From an uncultured bacterium (lineage in GTDB: Bacteria > Latescibacterota > Latescibacteria > Latescibacterales > Latescibacteraceae): a DNA stretch of 57,135 nt. The DNA lies in NCBI GenBank assembly GCA_964456585.1, contig CAYWBT010000002.1:1-57135 (forward strand). Direction: 5' to 3'. The position numbers and the translations under genes were made by a program. The notes under the pieces were generated by a model. The model saw nothing but the letters and a program-made list of their open reading frames with translations. It did not search any database and was not told where the DNA came from. The stretch's first letter is position 1; every line of letters starts with the position of its first letter. Of the stretch, positions 9,179-19,400 are shown in pieces.

Positions 9179-9742
9179 TCAGGCGATTCTTTCGAGGAGC
9201 CAGGCGATGTTCTCTGCAAAAGCCCGGATCGTCCGAACCCCTTCTTCATCCTTGAGCACATCGATGTCATGGGAGCCGAAGGCTATGTTCCAGTACGTAC
9301 TGCCCGGAACGATCATGCCGTTTATCATGAACCACATAAGAAGCTGGGCGAGAGTAAAGTTCTGGCCGATTCGCCGGGCAACGACCACCGGGCCGCCGAC
9401 CTTTCGGTAGAAAAGATTGCCGTTCTTCCGGGCCACGTACCCGGCACGGTCCAGAAGAGCGGTGATCTCCCCGGTCGCTGAACCGAAATAGACCGGTGAG
9501 CCGATAATAATGCCATCCGCGCCGATCATTGCCCGGAAGATGGGATCGAAATCGTCCTCGAGCACACACTTCGGGGCTTTCGTGCAGGCCATGCAGGCGG
9601 TACAGGTTTTGATGGTTTTTCCGGCAAGCGATACAAATTCAGTCTCGATGCCCCTCTCTTCCAGCACCTCGAATGCAACCCTCATTAGCGTATCCGTGTT
9701 GCCGTCACGCCGCGGGCTCCCTGAAATGGCAAGTACCTTCAT
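9179..9742 (-). CDS. NADPH-dependent FMN reductase / iron-sulfur flavoprotein-like flavodoxin-fold protein
   Basis: ORF 9179..9814. The internal ATG at 9742 follows GGAGAA. MKVLAISGSPRRDGNTD is the typical N-terminus of this family. A Cys-rich CTACMACTKAPKC segment is present, followed by GSPVYFGS. Confidence 0.7.
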   Translation of the reverse strand: MKVLAISGSPRRDGNTDTLMRVAFEVLEERGIETEFVSLAGKTIKTCTACMACTKAPKCVLEDDFDPIFRAMIGADGIIIGSPVYFGSATGEITALLDRAGYVARKNGNLFYRKVGGPVVVARRIGQNFTLAQLLMWFMINGMIVPGSTYWNIAFGSHDIDVLKDEEGVRTIRAFAENIAWLLERIA

Positions 9743-9875
9743 CGATTTTCTCCAAAACATACTCAATGGGCACGGGGCACATCCGATACCAGGAAAACCT
9801 TGTGCCGGGAACACCGGTCAGGACAGACCCATCCGACTGAAGACGAACGGGCCGGCGAACATGCCGTTGAGCCTA

Positions 9876-11105
9876 TCAATCGGTGACCGAGAGCGAGTCG
9901 AAAATCTGGTAAGCCCAATCCATTGCCTCCATGTGGAGGTCGGCGAGAGTAGTAAGATCGATATTAAGCTGACGAGACCGTTCAGCAACCGTTTCCCAGT
10001 CGGCACGCTCATAGCTCAGAGCGAGGTCTAAGATGTTCTTGAATTCACCATCTTCACCGAGAAGGGTTTTGGTGATGTCATCAGACAGGGGAAGCTTTTT
10101 GAGCACATCTTCCATCGATCGGTCCATGAAGGTATCGATCATGGAGAACATTCCCAGGAAAAACAGTTCCGAGTTCCGGTTTTTCAACGGCGTCTTCCCG
10201 GCAAGCGATTCACAGAAACGCGCCCTGACAATCGAGCTGACCATGAGTTCGTCTGGTTTGTCGGTACCGACACTCTTAACGATGATGAGATAGAGCCATT
10301 TCCTGAAATCATTGAGACCCAGGAGGGTCAGCGCCTGTTTTATCGATTGGATATTCGTCTGAAAACCGAAAAATGCCGAGTTGATAAACCTGAGAATTTT
10401 GTACGAGATCGACACATCGTGCTTGATGATTCCCTCGATCCTGCCGAAATTGGCATCGGGCTTGTTTAACTCATGCAGAATATTGAGGACGTTGAGCTTA
10501 TAACCTTCGATATCCTTACTTGAAATGATTATCGGTTTGCTGAAAAAATACCCCTGAAAATACGCAAACCCCATGTCGAGGGCGACCTGAAACTGCTCAG
10601 GGGTTTCCACTTTCTCGGCGAGAAACTGTATCCCCTTCTGTTTTCCGAATTTATCGATCAATGATCGGATTTCCTCTTCATCGGACAGGGTAAAATCAAC
10701 CTTGATAATATCGGCAAGCATGATGAGGGGGGTAAACTTCGGCTCGAAGATAAAGTCGTCGAGCGCCAGTGCATACCCCGAATCTTTCAGCTTTCTGCAG
10801 GCGCTGATGATCTCACTGCTCGGATCGATATTTTCGAGAATTTCGACGACCAGGAAATCTTTCGGCAGTATGGTGGCCGTTTCATCCAATAACAGGTTCC
10901 CGGTGAAATTGATAAACGCCTTCTTCCCGCGGGTCAGTTTCTCCATCCCAATCACGAGGAAGCTGTTCGTAATCACAATCGATGTCGCCAGGTCGCCGTC
11001 AACCTCGGTAAACTTGTTTTCCAGTCCGAGGCGGAACAGAAGTTCATACCCATAAACCTTCTTTTTCCGGTCAAAAATCGGCTGACGAGCTACATGGACA
11101 TCCAT
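9876..11105 (-). CDS. EAL domain (c-di-GMP phosphodiesterase) plus HDOD domain protein
   Basis: ORF 9876..11162. The ATG at 11105 follows GGAGAGGAG. EAL motifs: QPIFD..YGYELLFR, VVEILEN, ALDDF, IIKVD, LAEKVET, QGYFFSKP. C-terminal HDOD-like ILRFINSAFFGF. Confidence 0.8.
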   Translation of the reverse strand: MDVHVARQPIFDRKKKVYGYELLFRLGLENKFTEVDGDLATSIVITNSFLVIGMEKLTRGKKAFINFTGNLLLDETATILPKDFLVVEILENIDPSSEIISACRKLKDSGYALALDDFIFEPKFTPLIMLADIIKVDFTLSDEEEIRSLIDKFGKQKGIQFLAEKVETPEQFQVALDMGFAYFQGYFFSKPIIISSKDIEGYKLNVLNILHELNKPDANFGRIEGIIKHDVSISYKILRFINSAFFGFQTNIQSIKQALTLLGLNDFRKWLYLIIVKSVGTDKPDELMVSSIVRARFCESLAGKTPLKNRNSELFFLGMFSMIDTFMDRSMEDVLKKLPLSDDITKTLLGEDGEFKNILDLALSYERADWETVAERSRQLNIDLTTLADLHMEAMDWAYQIFDSLSVTD

Positions 11106-11398
11106 GAGATTCTCCTCTCCGGTTCGTGAGTCACTACCGGAATGAACAGGATGACAACACATTCAAAAAACAGGTCACTCCGTATATAAAATTGGGTGCC
11201 CAGCATATTATTCTACCAGATTTTAAAAATACTCTAATTTACCATAAAAAGACAGGAAGAGGTGTCCGTTCTTAAAAATAAACTATTTCCCTTGTGCGGG
11301 CAACCTCTTTCACCATGCCGCGCCGAAACGCTGATTGAATGGCATGGTGACACTTCTCGCACGCAGTGCACATAGTGTGTGACACGTATTGGTGCCGG

Positions 11399-11433
11399 AA
11401 GGATCAACGGCAGCTGGCAATCCGTTGATCCTT
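11399..11433 (-). terminator. Strong hairpin (12-bp perfect stem, 11-nt loop) 46 nt downstream of the GT9 gene; no U-tract
   Basis: AAGGATCAACGG (11399-11410) pairs perfectly with CCGTTGATCCTT (11422-11433). There is no T/A run on either side, so it is not a canonical intrinsic terminator. Confidence 0.3.
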
Positions 11434-11478
11434 TCAGGCTATCTCCAACGGATGGCCGCGCGAGTACACACAAAAACG

Positions 11479-12486
11479 TCACGCTCCCATCTTTTCGTCC
11501 AGAACGCGCAAAACCTGTTCCCAGGTAATGGAATCCATGCAGATACGCCGCTTCATCCTGCATGGCGCAGCACCGTGGAGACTGCAGGGGCTGCAGGGTA
11601 CGTTGGAACACACGATAACTCCGGAGGGATAGCCCGGGGTGAATCCCAGGTCAGGATGTGTCGGTCCGAATACGGCAGCGAACGGAACGCCGAGTGCCCC
11701 GGCAAGGTGCATGGGTCCGCTGTCGTTGGTCACCAGACCGTCCAAGAGGGAAACGACCCCGATTGTATCCCCAAGATCAATTTTCCCGGCAAGAGAGCGG
11801 GCACTGCCGGACATGAGGTCCTCGATCCTGCCGATAACCTCGGTATCGTTTTCATCGCCGATAAACACCGGCAGGTCGCCGCGGTTGAGCAGTTCATCGG
11901 CGAGCCGGGCAAAGGTGTGCTCGTTCCAGCGTTTCGTCGCATGACGGGCACCGGGAGCAATACCGACTACCCTGCCCCGCTGCTCCCCAGCCAGCTCAGC
12001 CGGAAGCAACCTTCCGGCGGCTTCGAGCATGGCACTGTCGACCGCCAGTTTCGGGAGCGTCTCCCCCGATATTCCGAGGGGATGCAGTGTCTGAAGACAG
12101 CTCGCAAGGACATCAAACCGGCGGCGATACCTGTTTCGTGTCCAGATCATGAGTCGCCGGGCGATGACGTGCTTATTCAGCCGCAATTTACACGGTGATG
12201 TAATAAGGGCGGAAACGGCGATACTCCGCAGTGTGCCATGTAGATCGATAACGACATCGAATTTTTTCCGCCCGATCATCCGGACGATCTGGGACGGGGA
12301 TTCATTCCCTTTGATGGTAAAAACACCCGATATGCGGGCATCGGAATCAAATACCGGGGAGTAAGTGCACCTGGTGAGAACGTAGATGTGGTCTTCTGGA
12401 GCATACCGGTTCAGCGCCTCGGCAACCGCGGTGGTCATGACGACATCGCCGAGAGAACTGAACCGAATCATGAGAATGTCCCGCAC
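11479..12486 (-). CDS. Glycosyltransferase family 9 (ADP-heptose:LPS heptosyltransferase-like)
   Basis: ILMIRFSSLGDVVMTTAVAEAL at the N-terminus and NDSGPMHLAGALGVPFAAVFGPT near the C-terminus. Both are classic GT9 motifs. Confidence 0.8.
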   Translation of the reverse strand: MRDILMIRFSSLGDVVMTTAVAEALNRYAPEDHIYVLTRCTYSPVFDSDARISGVFTIKGNESPSQIVRMIGRKKFDVVIDLHGTLRSIAVSALITSPCKLRLNKHVIARRLMIWTRNRYRRRFDVLASCLQTLHPLGISGETLPKLAVDSAMLEAAGRLLPAELAGEQRGRVVGIAPGARHATKRWNEHTFARLADELLNRGDLPVFIGDENDTEVIGRIEDLMSGSARSLAGKIDLGDTIGVVSLLDGLVTNDSGPMHLAGALGVPFAAVFGPTHPDLGFTPGYPSGVIVCSNVPCSPCSLHGAAPCRMKRRICMDSITWEQVLRVLDEKMGA

Positions 12487-12492
12487 GCCCTA

Positions 12493-13377
12493 TCACTCAC
12501 GCCTTTCTTTAATCTGGCCCACAACCTCTTTGCCCTTGGAATACGATCCGAGAATCTTGAGAAACCGGGCGATTTCCTCCAGGTGGTTGATCGCCTTCTT
12601 CGTTACCTCGTGCCTGATATCACCATCAAAATCAAGGTAGAATATGTATTCCCAGGGTGCCCCCGGCTGGGGTCGCGATTCGATCTTGTAGAGATCTATA
12701 TCACGAAGCGCAAAGACGCTCAGGCTCTTGAACAGTGCCCCGGGGATATTTTTCGTGGCGAAGACGATTGATGTCTTCGGATCTTCCGCCTCTTCAGCAA
12801 GATCACGTGATAAAACGTAGAACCGGGTATAATTTCTGTGATTTGATTCGATGCCCGCAGCGACGATTTCAAGCCCGTAATCGAGAGCGGCCTGTGCACT
12901 GGCGATAGCAGCTTCTTCGAGCGATCCGTTCTCCTTGATTTTCTGTGCCGCCCCGGCGGTATCGTACACGCTGACCAGTTCCACATTGGTGAGCGTGGAC
13001 AGAAATGTTTTACACTGGTACAGTGCCTGAGGATGGGAATATACCCTCCTGATCCGGGATAAATCCCCACCCTTGTTGACAATCAGATTGTGTTTAATCC
13101 TGAGTTTTATCTCGCCCGTGATCACGAGGTTGTGCTCGAGCAGGAGATCGTAATTTTCGTGAATGCTGCCGGCAAGCGAGTTTTCGATGGGTATGACGCC
13201 ATGATCGACTTCGGCATTTTTCACCGCGAGGAAGACCTCTTCGAACGTCTCCTTGGGGACCATCCTGACCTGTGGCCCAAATAATTCATATGTGGCAAGT
13301 TCGCTGTAGGCGCCAATTTCACCCTGGAACGCCACCGATGTCAGTGTTTTTTTTGCTTGTTCATCCGGTGTGTTCAA
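12493..13377 (-). CDS. pheA: Prephenate dehydratase (PDT + ACT domains)
   Basis: VAFQGEIGAYSE, IPIENSLAGSI, NYTRFYVL and LYKIESRP are visible. The length and order match monofunctional PheA. Confidence 0.85.
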   Translation of the reverse strand: MNTPDEQAKKTLTSVAFQGEIGAYSELATYELFGPQVRMVPKETFEEVFLAVKNAEVDHGVIPIENSLAGSIHENYDLLLEHNLVITGEIKLRIKHNLIVNKGGDLSRIRRVYSHPQALYQCKTFLSTLTNVELVSVYDTAGAAQKIKENGSLEEAAIASAQAALDYGLEIVAAGIESNHRNYTRFYVLSRDLAEEAEDPKTSIVFATKNIPGALFKSLSVFALRDIDLYKIESRPQPGAPWEYIFYLDFDGDIRHEVTKKAINHLEEIARFLKILGSYSKGKEVVGQIKERRE

Positions 13378-13781
13378 CGTTTTTTATCCTGTTGTTTTTC
13401 TGATGATTTCTCCCCACCTTTTGCCCCCGGTTCCTTCGTTCTCACTTCTTTTATTACATCAAAAAGTGCAGGAACAAGATCGATCAAACGGGTCAGGGTC
13501 GCCTCACGGCTTTTGAGCGGGAGGATCTGTGCTTTCCCCTTGGAAACCACGACAAACGCCACCGGTTCTATGGTGGCACCGACACCGGTCCCGGTTGCAT
13601 CTCCCTTATCCAGATCGCCCTTCGTTCCACCGGCGCCGCCGATACCGAAACCGAAGGTCACCCGTGACACCGGAATGATGACCGACTCCTCGGCCTGAAC
13701 AGGTTCCCCGATGACCGTTTCGGAGCGGACTGTTTCCTTGATCTGCTCCATGAGGACTTTGACAATATTCGTAATATCCAC
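13374..13781 (-). CDS. GerW/YtfJ family protein
   Basis: VIGEPV...VIIPVSRVTFGFGIGGAGG...ATIEPVAFVVVSKGKAQILPL matches the YtfJ/GerW family pattern. 4-nt overlap with pheA. Confidence 0.75.
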   Translation of the reverse strand: MDITNIVKVLMEQIKETVRSETVIGEPVQAEESVIIPVSRVTFGFGIGGAGGTKGDLDKGDATGTGVGATIEPVAFVVVSKGKAQILPLKSREATLTRLIDLVPALFDVIKEVRTKEPGAKGGEKSSEKQQDKKR

Positions 13782-13784
13782 AGC

Positions 13785-14510
13785 TTACACCTCCTGAAAA
13801 GTAACGGAATCTACACGAGATTTCTTCTGACTTCTTCTTTCCCGCAGGATGTCTATGATCAACGGTACATTCTTTACAAGCCGGTACCATAAGATATGAT
13901 TGTTCACCGTTACCGTCAAGCTGAGCTCACCCTGAAAGGCACACCGCGAAAACTCCCACTTCGGCGTGATGGTATACCGTGACGGCAACAGACCGTTCAG
14001 GGCATACAGGTAACCGACAATCCTGCCTGTCAGGGCCGGATTCCCGAGACCGAGCGTCACCTGCGACGATACCTGTTCTATCTGGAGCACCCCATGCAGT
14101 TCACGGCGTACCGTAGTGAAATATTTCCGGAAGGTCACTACTTGATGGTATAACTCCCGGATACGCTGAAGGAGGGGCTTTGCGGGCTTTATTTCTCTTT
14201 TTTTTCCTGCTTTTCGCGATGGTTTCGACCCTTCTGACCGCCGAAATTTTGCCCGAAAAAACGCAACGAGCGGTCGTACATTCAGTGACAGTACCATCCA
14301 TCGGGAGAGGTATACATCGACTCGGTAGCGCTCTTTCCGATAGAGAAGGCCGCCCCCGACAGCACCGGCAAAGAACATAATTCTGCCAAAGAATTCGAGC
14401 CGGTCCTCGGTCCCTCCCGACACCCGGAACGATAAACGGACAGGGAGAATAACCGCCAGGAGTGCAAGCGAAGCGAGGACACAAAAAACATACAGGAACA
14501 GTAGATACAT
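13785..14510 (-). CDS. DUF2953 (YtfI-like) membrane protein
   Basis: N-terminal TM segment (LASLALLAVILPV), then RLSFRVSG...V.LS..MVLSLNV and C-terminal GLGNPALTGRIVGYLYAL...FQGELSLTVTVNN. This resembles DUF2953. Its stop lies 3 nt upstream of the ytfJ-like start. Confidence 0.6.
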   Translation of the reverse strand: MYLLFLYVFCVLASLALLAVILPVRLSFRVSGGTEDRLEFFGRIMFFAGAVGGGLLYRKERYRVDVYLSRWMVLSLNVRPLVAFFRAKFRRSEGSKPSRKAGKKREIKPAKPLLQRIRELYHQVVTFRKYFTTVRRELHGVLQIEQVSSQVTLGLGNPALTGRIVGYLYALNGLLPSRYTITPKWEFSRCAFQGELSLTVTVNNHILWYRLVKNVPLIIDILRERRSQKKSRVDSVTFQEV

Positions 14511-14720
14511 GCCGTGTCGATTCCTTCAGGTATAATCGATAAATAATAGAATATAAACAACACGCTAAGTCAAGCGCTTTCTTTTTCCCGCCTGTTATTT
14601 TTCCCCTGGCCAATCAACCGGGTAAACACCGAATCGGCTATTCGATGTTCGGTTGCTTTTACGTTTGGAAATTACATCCGGAAACGTTATTTTTCGGGCA
14701 CACTATAGGGAATACGGATA

Positions 14721-15305
14721 ATGAAATACCTTCTCATGCTGCTTTTCACCTGGATGTTATCGGGGTTCTCATTTGCCGAAGAGCCGCCCGTACCGGACAG
14801 TATTGTCCTTTCAGAGGTTCTCCGTCACTGTATCAGTGATTGTATTTCCGACCACCTTCAACTGTTCACCGGGAAAACGGCTGTGCTCTCATTCTCGCCT
14901 GGCATCAGACTCGCCCGTCAGGCACAACAAGAAGTTGAGGCACTTCTCACCACCGTGGGACTCGCCATCACCCGCGATGCGGCGAATCCGGATTTCACGT
15001 TTACCCTCGGTCTCTCGGATGCCCGTATCGTCGTCAGACGCTTCGGAGAGGGAGATGTCCGCCGCACGGTGAAAATGAAGGTTCATCTGTCATGTGTTGA
15101 TGCGGCGGGACTGGTTGTTGTCGCAACCTCGCGCGAGAAAATCCTGTCGGATACCTTTCCCCTGCATTTCATGCGGTCGACCGATGACAGCAACCTGTTT
15201 TCACGAAATATAACTCGGTACTCGCTTCGGAAGAACCGGGGCCGCTGGTGGCTCGCATCGCTCGTTGTTTTCATGGGGGTTCTCGTATATTTTGCATTCG
15301 AATGA
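14721..15305 (+). CDS. Hypothetical exported protein with a C-terminal TM anchor
   Basis: Signal-like N-terminus MKYLLMLLFTWMLSGFSFAEE and C-terminal WWLASLVVFMGVLVYFAF. I recognise no family motif. Confidence 0.45.
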   Translation: MKYLLMLLFTWMLSGFSFAEEPPVPDSIVLSEVLRHCISDCISDHLQLFTGKTAVLSFSPGIRLARQAQQEVEALLTTVGLAITRDAANPDFTFTLGLSDARIVVRRFGEGDVRRTVKMKVHLSCVDAAGLVVVATSREKILSDTFPLHFMRSTDDSNLFSRNITRYSLRKNRGRWWLASLVVFMGVLVYFAFE

Positions 15306-15489
15306 TTACCATGGATAGAAACCGGTAGTATTTTCTCCATGGTGACAGAGGTCATAATTCTTGCGGTATTTTTCCGGCAGAATGACCGGGTGAAAAAAAA
15401 TTACCATCTTCATGCTCTTTTTTGTAAGAACATTAAACCATCTCAGATACTCCCACGTCTATACTCAAAATGAAAGGATAACATCCCCC

Positions 15490-16386
15490 ATGAAAATATC
15501 GATCGAGAACCTGAGCAAATTTTACAAAAACGGTACGGTAGCTCTTAAAAATGTCAATCTCGAGATCGAGAGCGGCATATTCGGTCTTCTCGGTCCGAAC
15601 GGTGCGGGAAAAACGACGCTCATGAGCATTCTGGTCACCCTGCTCGATCAGTCCGAGGGGCGGATAACGGTCGACCAGTACGACCTGCGGAAAAATCGCC
15701 GTGAGATCCGCGCCATGCTCGGATACCTGCCCCAGGAGTTCACCATGTTCTCACGGCTGAAAACGTGGGAATTTCTCGATTACGCGGCCAGGCTCGCCGG
15801 AGTAAAGTCGATAAATGACCGGAAACGAGCGGTCGAAGAAATGCTCGAAAATGTCGGTCTCTACGAAGCGCGGGACCGGAGTGCCAACAAGCTCTCGGGT
15901 GGCATGAAACGCAGGCTCGGTATAGCACAGGCACTCATCGGCCATCCCAAGATCGTCATAGTCGATGAACCGACAACGGGGCTTGATCCTGAGGAGCGGC
16001 TCCGTTTCAGGAACCTGCTTTCTGACATGAGCCGTGAGGATATCATCATTATCCTTTCGACTCATATTGTCGGGGATATTTCCAGCACGTGCGATAACAT
16101 GGCCATGCTCAACCGTGGCGAGTTGGTTTTCAACGATTCACCAGAGGTGCTCATCGATCAGGCGAGAGGGCATGTCTGGCTTATCGAGGTCGACGACAGC
16201 AGGCTCGAGCTGGTCAAGGCGAAATACCCGGTCATAGCAACCATACCATCCGAGAAGGGCTGGGAAGTCCAGGTGGTGAGCGAAACGCTCGATGGTTATA
16301 ACGGTCAACCGATTGAGCCAAATCTTGAACACGCGTTAGTTTATTTCAAGGAACACCAACCGGCCGAATCCTGGGAAGCGCAGTAA
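15490..16386 (+). CDS. ABC transporter ATP-binding protein (ABC-2 type partner, with C-terminal accessory domain)
   Basis: ORF 15412..16386. The ATG at 15490 follows AAAGGA. Walker A GLLGPNGAGKTT, Q-loop LGYLPQE, signature LSGGMKRR, Walker B IVIVDEPTTGLD, H-loop LSTH. Confidence 0.9.
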   Translation: MKISIENLSKFYKNGTVALKNVNLEIESGIFGLLGPNGAGKTTLMSILVTLLDQSEGRITVDQYDLRKNRREIRAMLGYLPQEFTMFSRLKTWEFLDYAARLAGVKSINDRKRAVEEMLENVGLYEARDRSANKLSGGMKRRLGIAQALIGHPKIVIVDEPTTGLDPEERLRFRNLLSDMSREDIIIILSTHIVGDISSTCDNMAMLNRGELVFNDSPEVLIDQARGHVWLIEVDDSRLELVKAKYPVIATIPSEKGWEVQVVSETLDGYNGQPIEPNLEHALVYFKEHQPAESWEAQ

Positions 16387-16448
16387 AAAAGCGTGCCCGG
16401 ACATGTACAAACGTACGTACGAACTCCCGATATTGAGAGGTGACATAC

Positions 16449-19400
16449 ATGCTCTCGCTCTATAACATCCTGAGTATTGCTCTCTACGAAATCAAGACGC
16501 TCTCGAGAAGCTGGTTCTTCAGGATATTCTCCGTGGTCACGATAGTCATTCTCATTTTTCTCAACACGGTTCTGTTCATCACCCCCCAGTCGGCGCCATG
16601 GATGCTGCGGGGCGTCTCATCATCAATACCGTACCTGAACCTGATGCTCCTCAATGTTGTCCAGGCGATCATCGGAATTTTTATGGCATCCGACTTTTTC
16701 AAGTACGACAGGAAGCTTGACAGCACCCAGGTCATCTATATGCGTTCCATGACCAACGCCGACTACGTATTGGGAAAAGCTCTGGGAGTTTGTATCCTCT
16801 TTCTTTTTATCAACGTGCTTATATTGATCCTCTCATTCGTTTTTAACATGTTTTTTGCCGATGTACCGGTAGTATTCCAGATGTACCTGTACTATCCGCT
16901 CCTCATCAGTTTCCCGACACTGGTTTACATCTTCGGGCTCTCGTTCATCTCCATGGCAATCTTCAAGAGCCAGGCCGTCACCTTTATTATCCTTCTCGGG
17001 TACATTGCCAGCACACTCTTCTTCCTGGGTGGTAAATTTCACCACCTCTTCGATTACATGGCATACCAGGTGCCGCTCTTGTACTCGGACTTTGTCGGAT
17101 TCGGTGTCGTGAGTCCCATTCTCATTCATCGGGGAATGTACCTGTTTCTTGGCCTGGGCTTCACCTTCGCCACCGTGCTCTTCCTGAAACGTCTGCCCCA
17201 GTCGGTGATTATGAACCGGATATCGCTGATACTGTCGATCGCCCTTATCGTCGGCGCAGGCGCGCTCGGATTTGTCTATGTCTCCCAGATTACCTCGGGA
17301 AAGGAATTGCGCCGTGAGATGGCGGCGTTGAACAAGCTCTCAGCAGATGAACCGAAAGCGGCGATGGCCACCTGTCGTCTCGAGCTTGAGCACCACGGCG
17401 ACACAATCGCTGTCACCGCCGAGATGACCCTCGAAAACACGACCTCGGTACCGCTCGACACATTCATATTCAGTCTTAATCCTGCCCTCATCGTCGCCCA
17501 GGCGACCATGGGGAGCACCGATGTCGAGTATACCCGTAATCTGCACCTGGTCTCGGTTAAACCGACTACACCGCTCCAACCGGGCGACACCGCGAATGTC
17601 ACCCTCTCATACCACGGCCGGATCGACGAAGAGGCATGCTATGTCGATATCGACGAAGACATACGTGAAGAGAACTACCGGTTGTTCCTCTACAACATCG
17701 ACAAGCGCTATGCGTTCATCACTCCCGACTACCTGCTGTTAACGCCGGAAGCCCTTTGGTATCCTTCAACGGGAGTACCGTACGGTTCTGGGTACCCGAA
17801 CATGCAGAACAGAGATTTTGTGAATTACGAACTCACCGTTTCGACCGCACAGGATTTGACAGCGGTTTCCCAGGGTGCGATGGAAAGAACCGGCGAGGGA
17901 GCGTTCCGGTTCAGACCGGAGTCCCCCCTTCCGCAGATCTCGCTCTCCATCGGGCAGTACGAACTTAAATCGGTAACCGTGGACAGCACGTCCTACAACC
18001 TCTACGTGTTGAAGGGCCACGACTATTTTTCGCAGTACTTCACCACGATCGGTGAAAAACTCACGGAATCCATCAAAGAAGTCAGGCAGGATTACGAGCG
18101 TTCAATCAATGGTATCTACCCATTCAAGAGATTCACCGTTATCGAGGTGCCGATCCAGTTTTACGCCTATGAACGGGCCTGGACACTGGGCCAGGAAGTC
18201 GTGCAGCCCGAACAGGTTCTCCTGCCCGAGAAGGCAGTCATGCTGTTCAGCGCGGACTTCAAACGGTCTCGCTACGGGTTTGAACGGCGCGGCCGACGAG
18301 ATGCAACGCAAACACCCGAGGAAATGGAGCAGCAGCTCTTCCAGCGTTTCGTTCAGAATACCTTCATCACCGATTTTTTCGGGCGAAGATTTGGCAGCGT
18401 TCGGCGTAGTATGGGCAGACAGGGCGGATTATCATTTCAGCGGATTTTCTTCAGCTTTCTGCCGTCCTTTTCAACAAACTATAACGTTTTTCCAAACTTT
18501 TTTACCTTTACCACCTATTTCCATTCCGAAAACTACCAGATTTTTAATATCATTCTTGAACACTACCTGAAGGGCAAACTCGAGAACAGAAACGTCGGAT
18601 TCATGCGATTCATTCAGGGAATCAGTAGCGAGGAATTGGCAAACAGTGCGCTTGCAAAGGAAACACTCCCCGAAATTCTCGCCGATCCCGAGAAGAAAGA
18701 CCTCGTGTATGATGTTCTAAAAATGAAATCGGATTATCTCTTCGGACTGATCAAGGCAGAGGTCGGCGCAGAAGCGTTCGAAGAGTTCCTGACGGAATTC
18801 ATCGCTGGGCACACGTTCAGGACGGTCGAGGTTGACGAATTCATCAGGGCCGTCTACGAGAATTTTCTCCTCGACCTCGAACCGCGCCTTCAACAGTGGT
18901 ATCATGTGAAAGAATTGCCAGCCTTCCTCGTCACCGGCCTGAAATGCACCGAGATTATTGATTTCGACGCCACCCGGTATAAGGTCGTCTTCACGGTTTC
19001 TAATCCTGAACCGATTGAGGGACTCATCCGGATTAGCGCCATGACCGGCGGGGGAGGTCGCGGTATGGGTGGCCGGGGGGGAATGTCGTTCGGGGGTCCA
19101 ACGCCTGCAGACGAAGAATTCTACATTCTCAAGGCTCATCAAGCCAAGGAAATTGGGATGGTTCTTGACCAACCGCCACGGATTCTTCAATTCAATACGT
19201 ACATTTCCCAGAATATCCCCTACCAATTTGATCAGAATCCCGGGGAACCGCAGACAGATGACTTCAGTGAAATATTCGAGGGTGAGCAAATCCTTGATGA
19301 TCTTCCCCTTTTTCTCGAACCTGGTGAGATCATTGTCGACGATGAGGACGATGGCTTCGAGATTCTCACCCAGCAGAAAGAAAACGCGATTAAAAAATTC

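Noticed and set aside
11389-12198. 269-aa plus-strand ORF
   Set aside because: It is antisense to the GT9 gene, which has canonical motifs at both ends. It has no motif or RBS support.
13374-14510. Reading the YtfI/YtfJ pair as evidence that the organism sporulates
   Set aside because: No other sporulation genes appear in the window. The surrounding gene content (TolC, RND, heptosyltransferases) points to a diderm non-sporulating lifestyle. Only the family assignment is kept.
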